From: an uncultured delta proteobacterium
Lineage (GTDB): Bacteria; Myxococcota; Kuafuiibacteriia; Kuafuiibacteriales; Kuafuiibacteriaceae
Assembly (NCBI GenBank): GCA_963803435.1
Contig: CAWDML010000009.1
Location: forward strand, 992,001-1,056,000
Reading direction: 5' to 3'
Length of the DNA: 64,000 nt
A model generated the notes under the pieces. It saw only the letters and a list, made by a program, of their open reading frames with translations. It did no database searches and had not been told where the DNA came from. A program made the translations under genes and the position numbers. Shown here in pieces: positions 39,709-47,462 of the stretch. Position 1 is the stretch's first letter. Each line of letters starts with the position of its first letter.

Positions 39709-40584
39709 TCACAGCAGGCCGTGCAGCTGAGGGCCCGCAACGGAGAAGGGCCACCGCAACCCGGGTGAGCCCGCGCCCGCAAGGCACTCGGCGTACGTCG
39801 GATCGTTTCGGATCGCTTGTGCCGTTTCTTCGGGCGTACGCAGGGAGCCGTCGGGGTTCGCGGCGAGGTTGCAGGGCGTGAGGCCCAGCTCCGCCTCGAC
39901 GCGAGCCTGCACGGTTGCCGCCAGGGTCTCGTTCCAGAGGAGCGCATCCGCAGCCGCATCTTCGGGGGTCGGCCCGGCCTGTCGCATCGATTCGACGATC
40001 TTCTGCACCAGCCCGTGGGTCATCTCGTGCGCCAGCACGCTGGCGATGCCTTTGGGGTCGTCGCCGAACACGTTGGCGACGAGCAGGTGCGGTCGGCCGT
40101 CCTCGGTCTCGGTGCAGCCCGCTGCGGCGAACTCGGTTCCGAAGGTACGCTTGAACGCCTCGTCCGTCACCGCCTCGGTCTCCCCCGAGAGCCCCTGGAA
40201 CCGTTCGATGAGGAGACGGCCGCGCGGCGTGGAGGCAAGCGCGTTCAGCGCCTTCACGAGCAGGGCGCGTCCATCGGCAGGTCCGCCGGGACGCAGCCCT
40301 GTGTCGAAGAAGGTCTGGATCTCGCGGATGCTCGACTGAGACGAGGCGAGCAGCGCCGGGTTACGGAGCCCGAGCCGGGCGAGGCCGAGCATCCACTCGT
40401 CCGGGCGGAGACGGGACGTATCCCCGTCGACGTCGACACCGCCCCACTCCGGAGCGTTGGCGACGAAGCCGAGTTGCGCCGTGGCAGGTTGAGTCGCCCA
40501 TAGGCCTCGGAGGTTTATGGTGCGCAGACGACCGCCCTCGCTCGGACCCCTTATCGACCGAAACGAAGGGCCGGTTGCGGACAT
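39709..40584 (-). CDS. HEXXH zinc metalloprotease-like protein (M91-like)
   Basis: ALNALASTPRGRLL, VLAHEMTHG, NE..A...ARVEAELGL; no signal peptide. Confidence 0.6.
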   Translation of the reverse strand: MSATGPSFRSIRGPSEGGRLRTINLRGLWATQPATAQLGFVANAPEWGGVDVDGDTSRLRPDEWMLGLARLGLRNPALLASSQSSIREIQTFFDTGLRPGGPADGRALLVKALNALASTPRGRLLIERFQGLSGETEAVTDEAFKRTFGTEFAAAGCTETEDGRPHLLVANVFGDDPKGIASVLAHEMTHGLVQKIVESMRQAGPTPEDAAADALLWNETLAATVQARVEAELGLTPCNLAANPDGSLRTPEETAQAIRNDPTYAECLAGAGSPGLRWPFSVAGPQLHGLL

Positions 40585-40768
40585 CGCGGTCTTGTACTCC
40601 TGTCGTCACGTCGCGGAGCCGAAAAACAGAAAGAGGTCAGGCAGGCTCTGGAGAGCGTTCTCTCGACAGGGATAGTGTTCAAACCCACTCGGCCTCTGCT
40701 ACCGCGTGAGCGGGGCGTTGGCGCCAATTGTTGGGAACAACATTGCTTTCCGGGATTGGATCGAGTTG

Positions 40769-40799
40769 ACGTCCCCAAGGCAGCTTGACCAGCTCGCCA
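40769..40799 (+). repeat. Left att junction (core plus attP arm CCAGCTCGCCA)
   Basis: Core matches the tRNA 3' end; arm 40789-40799 is the reverse complement of 45419-45429. Confidence 0.85.
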
Positions 40800-40895
40800 G
40801 TTTCCGATTCCGACATTGAAGCGCTCTTGGGCCAGCTAATGGGGAAGGGTAGGCGGCCGACGCCTCTCTTCGCCTGACGCTTCAGGAGTACGATT

Positions 40896-41690
40896 GTGCG
40901 GACGATGCGAACCCTCCTCCCATTCCTCGCTGTTGCCCTCGTCGGCTGCGGCGGGCTCAGCTCCAACCCTGCCTCAGCGGTCCAGGAGCTTTTCGACGAG
41001 GAGTGTCAGCTCCTTGCGCAGCCCACCTGCCCGCAGTCGGCGTCCCCGTATGAGACCTGCATCTCCGAGTCCCCGAAGCACTTCGAGAAGTCGGCAGCGT
41101 GCATAGCGCGCCTGAAGGGCCACCTCGAATGCATCGAGGGTCTGGCGGATGCCTGCGACACGTCGGTCCGGAACCCCACCTGCGACACCGACGACTACTA
41201 CGCCTGCTACGGACCCGCGGAGGTCGGAGAGGGCGAGTTCTACCCGCGCGAGGTGGCCGATGAAGGCTTCCTTCCGGCGTCCGTCGAGGCTGGGGTCACC
41301 TACGACCTGGTGTTCTCGACGGCGACAAGCCAGCCGATCGACCTCGGCTCGCTGGATGCCTTCGTCCGCAACGAGGTCGGCGTCCAGGGCGTCAGCTCCA
41401 TCGTGGTCTCCAGGATGTGGGTCGAGCTTCACACCGCGGCGGACCTTCCGATGAGCCTCCAGACGATGAGCATCTACGTGCACTCGCTCCAGCTGGACAT
41501 CGGCGGTGTTCCCTTCTTCGAGCCCGACGAGGTTCCTCAGATGCAGACCTTGCTCGCCGAGCCCGGCGTCGACATCAAGCCCTACGTAGGTGACGGCCTC
41601 CGGCTGTCCGGGATGATCTCGCTGACGCCTCAGGGAGCGGCCACGCCCTTCAAGCTGAAGGTCCGCCTGCAGCTTCACGTCACAATCTGA
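40896..41690 (+). CDS. Cargo lipoprotein (Cys-rich N-domain plus beta-rich C-domain)
   Basis: AGGAG RBS 7 nt before GTG; lipobox LVGC. Confidence 0.75.
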   Translation: MRTMRTLLPFLAVALVGCGGLSSNPASAVQELFDEECQLLAQPTCPQSASPYETCISESPKHFEKSAACIARLKGHLECIEGLADACDTSVRNPTCDTDDYYACYGPAEVGEGEFYPREVADEGFLPASVEAGVTYDLVFSTATSQPIDLGSLDAFVRNEVGVQGVSSIVVSRMWVELHTAADLPMSLQTMSIYVHSLQLDIGGVPFFEPDEVPQMQTLLAEPGVDIKPYVGDGLRLSGMISLTPQGAATPFKLKVRLQLHVTI

Positions 41691-41738
41691 CCGAGCGGCA
41701 TCGACAGGCCTTCCTGCCGATCGCTAAGATTCCGCCGC

Positions 41739-41978
41739 GTGGCGACCGTGAAGAAGAAGGCCAAGAAGACGCGAAGGACGCCCTCCAGCCTCAACAAGAG
41801 GGCGCTCTCGAAGCAGCTGACTCGACTCCAGAAGATCCTAGCCAAAGAAGCCAAGCGCCATCAGAGGGCCTTGATTGCCTCTCAAGCGGTGCCCGAGGAA
41901 GCCGACAGACATCTCGAAGTGCTCGCGTCGATCAATCAAGGCCTGGTCGACATCATCGACGGTCTCGACTTCTCGTGA
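41739..41978 (+). CDS. Small basic helical protein upstream of the integrase
   Basis: 79 aa, Lys/Arg-rich N-half, acidic C-end, GC3-biased codons. Confidence 0.55.
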   Translation: MATVKKKAKKTRRTPSSLNKRALSKQLTRLQKILAKEAKRHQRALIASQAVPEEADRHLEVLASINQGLVDIIDGLDFS

Positions 41979-42470
41979 AGGTACCGGCGGTACCTGGCGA
42001 GGTACCATGAGCCATGCGCGCCGCCCTCTACGCCCGGAAGTCGACCGACGAACGCCAAGCGACCTCCCTTCAGCTCCAGACCTCTGAGGCTCGCGAGTAC
42101 GCCAAGACGAAGGGATGGACCATCGATGATCGGCACGTCTTCGTGGAGGAAGCGGTGTCACGTGCCGAGTTCGTCAAAAGGCCTGCGTGGTTCGCTCTTC
42201 AGGACGGGGCTAAGCGCGGTGATTTCGACGTGGTCATCGTGCGGGACGAGACGAGGATCGGCGGCGACACCGAGCGGACCGGTCTGTGGATCGTTGAGCT
42301 GTTGGAGACTGGTTGCCGACTCTTCTTCTACTTCGAGGACTTCGAGGTCGACTTCGACAAGGACCCCTCGAAGAAGCTCCTCCTCACTGTGAAGAACCTC
42401 GTCGCCGAACAAGAGCGGATCAAGATCTCACAGCGAACGCGGGAACACCTCTTCTACAAGGCCAAACTAG

Positions 42471-44295
42471 GCCCTGAAGAAGCGCCGATTTCGAGATCAA
42501 ACGGCTGAAAGCACCCGAAAAGCCTTCTTGCAAACCGAATCCGGCAACCACGCCGGACACGAAGGAGGCTTTTCAGGTGAACCGGAAGATACGACGAAGG
42601 CACGAGGCTGAGAAGCGACGAATCGAGCGCCGGCTCGCGAGCGCAGTCGTGGTGAACGAGGGTGGCCCGGTCCTCACCCGGGAGGGGGATCCGGTACGAA
42701 GTGGCCGAGAAGATCGGCGCGATCGCGTATGGGGGGATCGGTGCGATCCACCGGATGGTGAAGAAGCTGGGACTGGCGAAGCGGATCGACGAGAACCTCA
42801 ACCTCTTGAGGGTCCACCACCCGTATCACGAGTCCGACCACGTCCTGAACATCGCCTACAACGCGATCTTCGGCGGATGCACCCTGGACGACATCGAGCT
42901 CCGCCGGAACGATCGGATCTTCCTCGACTCACTGGGTGCGCGGAGCATCCCGGATCCGACGACGGCGGGCGACTTCTGCCGGCGCTTCGTCGCGGACGAC
43001 ATCGATGGGCTGATGGACGCGATCAATGAGACGCGCCTCGAGGTCTGGAGATCCCAGCCGAGATCGTTCTTCGAGGACACGGCGAGGATCGATGCGGACG
43101 GCAGCATGGTGCCCACGACCGGCGAGTGCAAGCAGGGCATGGACATCTCGTACAAGGGCGAGTGGGGCTACCACCCGCTCTTGGTCTCGTTCGCGAACAC
43201 GGGAGAGCCGTTGTTCCTGTTGAACCGCAGCGGCAACCGCCCCTCGCACGAGGGCGTGGTCGGGTACTACGACAAGGCGATCGCGCTCTGCCGCCGAGCT
43301 GGGTTCAAGGACATCCTGCTCCGGGGCGATACGGACTTCTCGCTCACGAGGGAGTTCGACCGTTGGACGGACGACGGAGTCCGCTTCGTGTTCGGGTACG
43401 ACGTCAAGGCAAACCTCGTCGCTTGGGCCGATTCGGCACCACAGGACCTCTACGAGGAGCTGGTGGCTCGGACGGAGCGCGAACTGAAGACGAGGCCCCG
43501 AGCTCGGCCAGAGCGCGTCAAGGAGCGCATCGTTCGGGAGCGCAAGTTCAAGAACGTCCGGACGAAGGACGAGGAGATCGTCGACTTCGAGTATCGCCCC
43601 ACCAAGTGCAAGCGGGACTACCGAATCGTCGCCCTGCGGAAGAACCTCTCGGTCGAGCGCGGAGAGAACGTGCTCTTCGAGGACGTCCGCTACTTCTTCT
43701 ACGTCACGAACGACGGGAAGCTCTCGGCACGCGAGGTGATCGAGGAAGCCCGCCAGCGGTGCAACCAGGAGAACCTGATCGAGCAGCTGAAGAACGGCGT
43801 CCGTGCTCTTCACGCACCAGTCAACACGCTCGACGCGAACTGGGCCTACATGGTGATGACCGCGCTCGCCTGGAGTCTCAAGGCATGGGTCGGCATGCTC
43901 CTGCCCATCAGCGGGCGGTGGAAGAGCCGACACGAAGCCGAGCGACAAGAGATCATCCGGATGGACTTCCGGACCTTCCTCGCCACCTTCGTAAACGTCC
44001 CCGCTCAGATCGTGCGAACTGGGCGTCGCATCATCTATCGGTTGCTTGCCTGGACGCCCAGGCAGCATCTGCTCCTCCGCTTCCTCGAAGCGACGTAGAG
44101 TGCGGAGGAGATCCACTGTCCGCGCGACTTCGCCGCGAGGACATCGACTTAGACTTAGAAGGGAGGGATCCCTGCTCGACAAAACCTGACTATCGGCTGG
44201 GTGCCCAGCGACGCACCGGTGTCTCGTCTCGGGCCGATCATTCCGATGTCAACTTGCCTTGCACCCCGCGCGCCAAGCGGACGCTTGTTTTGGGA
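42471..44295 (+). mobile_element. IS1380-family insertion sequence (1825 bp)
   Basis: CTAG duplication at 42467-42470 and 44296-44299; imperfect terminal IRs GCCCTGAAGAAGCG / TCCCAAAACAAGCG. Confidence 0.88.
42577..44098 (+). CDS. IS1380-family DDE transposase (frameshift in a G-run near 42680)
   Basis: IPDPTTAGDFCRRF, IDADG, GYHPL, LLRGDTDF, R.NQENLIEQLK. Confidence 0.9.
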
Positions 44296-45418
44296 CTAGG
44301 GCTCAACCCCGGCGGCTCCTGTTACGGCTACCACAACATCCGCAACGAGAATGGCGACGCGCTCTTGGAGATCGTCCCAGAGGAGGCTGAGCTTGTCCGG
44401 CGGATCTTCGAGCTTCGAGCTTCGGGCGAGGGCTACCGTTCCATCGCCTATCGGCTCAACGAGGAGAAGGTTCCGCCTCCGTCGCAAGGGCGTCGAGGAA
44501 CGGCGAGCTGGTCTCATACTCAGGTCCGCTCGATGCTGCACAACGAGCGGTATGTCGGCAGGCTCATCTACGGTCGCTCCCGGAAGGGCTACAAAGGCGG
44601 CACGAAGATCCGGATGACGACCGAGGTGAGCGAGCAGATCACGTACAACAACGAGGCTCTTCGCATCGTCCCCGAAGCACTATGGAGAGCAGTGAGAAAG
44701 CTGGACCAGAAGCGCGAGGCGCAGAAGGGCGAGAAGGGCGGCAGCTCAAAGACGCGCCACCTGCTCTCGACCTTCGCACGCTGCGGAGTGTGCGGCGGCT
44801 CCATCTCCACGACCACCGGACGATGGGGCACCAACCCGACCGCGAAGCTCTACCACTGCTCGAAGAACCACTCTCGCGGCGCCACCGTCTGCGGCAACAA
44901 CCTTCGCCGCCCAGTCAACGAGATCAACTCGCTCGTCATCGACTGGATCCAGACCGAGATCCTCTCGGAGGAGTACGTCCTCGCCGCCATCTCTGAGGTG
45001 AAGCGGCGCCTGAAGGAGCGGGCGAAGACGGCCGGCCCCGACTCCCGGAAGCTGGAAAGCGAGCGCAGGAAGCTGGCGAACCAGATCGACGCTCTCACCG
45101 AGACCCTCTCCGACGCTCCCAGGGCCGCGCGCGCGGCGATCGTCTCGAAGCTCGACGAGAAGCAGCGCCATCTCTCCGAGCTGGAGGCCAAGCTCGCCTC
45201 TTCCCGCGTCGCCCCTGACGCCATCGACAAGGAGCTTCGTCGCCTGGAGCGCGAAGCTAAGGTTCACCTGAAAGAGCTTCGGGCGGCGCTGGAGGGCGAC
45301 GTCGAGACAGCTCGTCGCATCCTCGAACAGGTCATCGACGGAGGCCTCACGTTCACGCCCGAGAATGAGCGTGGAGACCGCCGTTTTCGAATTGAAGGCA
45401 ACCTGAGCGCTTCGGCGT

Positions 45419-45443
45419 TGGCGAGCTGGAAACGTCCCCAAGG
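45419..45443 (+). repeat. Right att junction (attP arm TGGCGAGCTGG plus core)
   Basis: Lies inside the integrase ORF and overlaps the tRNA 3' end. Confidence 0.85.
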
Positions 45444-45506
45444 GGATTTGAACCCCTGTTGCTGGCGTGAAAAGCCAGAGTCCTGGGCCAACTAGACGAT
45501 GGGGAC
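45433..45506 (-). tRNA. tRNA-Glu (TTC), CCA not encoded
   Basis: Acceptor GTCCCCA/TGGGGAC; anticodon arm CTGGC-TTTTCAC-GCCAG; T-arm AGGGG-TTCAAAT-CCCCT. Confidence 0.96.
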
Positions 45507-45513
45507 TCCGCCG

Positions 45514-45544
45514 AGCGTATCGACCGAACCGGGTGTCATGTCAA
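45514..45544 (-). promoter_or_regulatory. Putative sigma70 promoter of tRNA-Glu
   Basis: TTGACA ... TACGCT on the - strand; the 19-nt spacer is longer than ideal. Confidence 0.45.
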
Positions 45545-45546
45545 GA

Positions 45547-46038
45547 TCACGGTGCCTTGCACGCGGCGCCGACCAGCGGTGCCGGGGGGCAGAGCGCGGG
45601 GGACGCCTTGGGCGCCAGCGTCAGGGTGCGGCGCACGTCGGTATTGGTGTCCAGCCAGTCCGTGCAGGCCTCGTAGCGGTAGACCTGCTCGGGGGGATCC
45701 TCGCCGTCGAAGCAGGTGCAGACGTTGGAGTCGGGGTCGAGCTCGGTCTCTGGAATGCAAGGTGGGTTGCAGTGTTCCCATCCTTGGATCCAGACGTAGA
45801 AGCTGGTCCCGGGGACGAGGGCGCCGGGGAGCTTGGGGGTGTCGGCGCCGTCGATCGGGATGTTCTGGGCGAGCACGGGCTTGTCGCTGTCGCAGCGGCG
45901 GACGATCAGGCGGAGGCGGGTGAGGTCGGAGAGCTCGGGGGTGCCGTCGCCGCGGAGGAGGAGGACGGAGACCGTCGGGGGGCCGCTGCAGGCGGGGAGC
46001 GCGAGGGCGAGCGCGAGGAGGGCCGAGCGGGACGTCAT
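45547..46038 (-). CDS. Cys-containing lipoprotein
   Basis: Lipobox LPAC; ATGA overlap with the upstream PEGA gene. Confidence 0.7.
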   Translation of the reverse strand: MTSRSALLALALALPACSGPPTVSVLLLRGDGTPELSDLTRLRLIVRRCDSDKPVLAQNIPIDGADTPKLPGALVPGTSFYVWIQGWEHCNPPCIPETELDPDSNVCTCFDGEDPPEQVYRYEACTDWLDTNTDVRRTLTLAPKASPALCPPAPLVGAACKAP

Positions 46039-47372
46039 GGGAACAGTACCTGGAAGTTGGTGCGATTGGGCGTGCGGTTGCCGGCCCAGATGGCGACGCC
46101 GGTGCCGGCGCCGGCGGCAGCGACGCCGATGATCGTCCAGAACCACCACTTTTGGACGACGGAGTTGTTCTCGGCGATCGGTGGGGGTGGGGGCGGAGGG
46201 AACGGATTGGGGGGCGGGGGCTCGACGTCGAGGGGCGGCGGAGGCGGCGGCGTAACGGCGGGAGTGCCCACGCCCTCGTAGAGGCGCGCGGCCAGCTGCT
46301 CGGCGGGGTGGGCGGTGCCGTCGGGCGAGAGCTCGAGCTCGCCCTTGCGCTTGTCGACGAAGAGCAGCGCGCCCACGCGGCCGACGACGGCGGCGGTGCG
46401 CTCGTCCTCGACGTCGCCGGGGAGCTCTGCGCGAACGATCGCGAGCAGATCGCCGTTGGCGCCGTGGAGCGCGGTGAGGAGGAAGCGGTGGGCGTCGGCG
46501 TCGCTCTTGATCGCCACCAGCAGAACGCCCTCGCTTTGGGCCAGCCGGGCGGCGCGCGCGGCGGCCTTGGTCGCGGCGGCGATGCCCTCGCGGTTCTCGA
46601 CGGCGGCGAGGAGGGCGTTGCGGGCGTCCTCGGCGGGACCGCTGCGCTCGACCTCGACCTTGGACTCCTGTCCGGCGGCGACGCGCACGGTCTCGTACGA
46701 GAAGCCGTAGGGCCAGCGGGCGACGAGGTAGTGCTTGCCGGGGAGGATCCGCGTGGCGAGGAGCGGGGCGTGGCCGAGGGGCTGGCCGTCGATCTGGACC
46801 GTGCAACCGTCGCAGCGCACGTTGATCGTGCCGGCGGCGCCGAGCTCCTCCTTGGCGTCGGTCCACAGTCGGACGAGCCCAGCGGGGTGCGTCCTGATCG
46901 TGGGGACGTGCGCGGGCGAGAGCGCGGCGAGCTGCTTGAGCGTGGTCTTGGCTGCGGTGCGCTCGCCGCTCTGGAACTGGGCTTCGGCCTTGGCGAGGAG
47001 CGTGTCGTGGAAGAGCTCGTAGTCGAGGAGCTGGACGAGGCGCGTCTCGAAGACGGCGATCGCTTGATCGAACTTCTTGAGCGCACGCGGCGTCTTGAAC
47101 TCGAGCGCCAGGTTGATCGCCTCGTCCTTGAGGCGGGCGACCAGCGCGGCTTCCGCGGCGAGCAGGCGCGCGTCGAGCGCGTGGCCCGACGCGTCGACGA
47201 GACGGAAGGAGTCGTAGCCGTCGAGGTCGTCGAGGAGGAGTCGTTCGAGCTGGTCGGCTTGCGCGGGCGGAAGGGGGCCGCGCTCGACGCCGATCCATGC
47301 GAGTCGGGCTGGATCTGCGCGAGCGGTGGAGACAGCCAGGAGGCTGATCACAAGCGTGAGATACCGGCGCAT
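46035..47372 (-). CDS. PEGA-domain protein with TPR-like helices and C-terminal TM
   Basis: Signal peptide; VQIDGQPLGHAPL..ILPGKHYL; Pro linker; KWWFWTIIGV helix. Confidence 0.8.
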   Translation of the reverse strand: MRRYLTLVISLLAVSTARADPARLAWIGVERGPLPPAQADQLERLLLDDLDGYDSFRLVDASGHALDARLLAAEAALVARLKDEAINLALEFKTPRALKKFDQAIAVFETRLVQLLDYELFHDTLLAKAEAQFQSGERTAAKTTLKQLAALSPAHVPTIRTHPAGLVRLWTDAKEELGAAGTINVRCDGCTVQIDGQPLGHAPLLATRILPGKHYLVARWPYGFSYETVRVAAGQESKVEVERSGPAEDARNALLAAVENREGIAAATKAAARAARLAQSEGVLLVAIKSDADAHRFLLTALHGANGDLLAIVRAELPGDVEDERTAAVVGRVGALLFVDKRKGELELSPDGTAHPAEQLAARLYEGVGTPAVTPPPPPPLDVEPPPPNPFPPPPPPPIAENNSVVQKWWFWTIIGVAAAGAGTGVAIWAGNRTPNRTNFQVLFP

Positions 47373-47462
47373 GCGCGGATCCGCTCCGGCGAGAGCCTAC
47401 GGCGCCTCCGGACCCGTCGCCACATATGCTAGGATCACGGCGGAAATCACCCTAGGAACCCC

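Larger units (their letters stand above)
40769..45443 (+). mobile_element. Minimal integrative element in the tRNA-Glu 3' end
   Basis: 12-bp direct repeat ACGTCCCCAAGG at 40769-40780 and 45432-45443; serine integrase; the joined ends give 11-bp perfect inverted arms. Confidence 0.88.
42014..45495 (+). pseudogene. Large serine recombinase/integrase interrupted by IS1380
   Basis: Catalytic YARKST; after the IS come GGSCYGY (recombinase domain), the CGVCG..YHC..C zinc ribbon and a coiled coil. Removing the IS and one CTAG restores a 550-aa frame. Confidence 0.92.

Noticed and set aside
43126-44295. 789-aa ORF suggesting a long N-terminal extension of the integrase C-half
   Set aside because: It is an alternative-frame read-through of the IS. 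Integrase similarity starts only at 44296.
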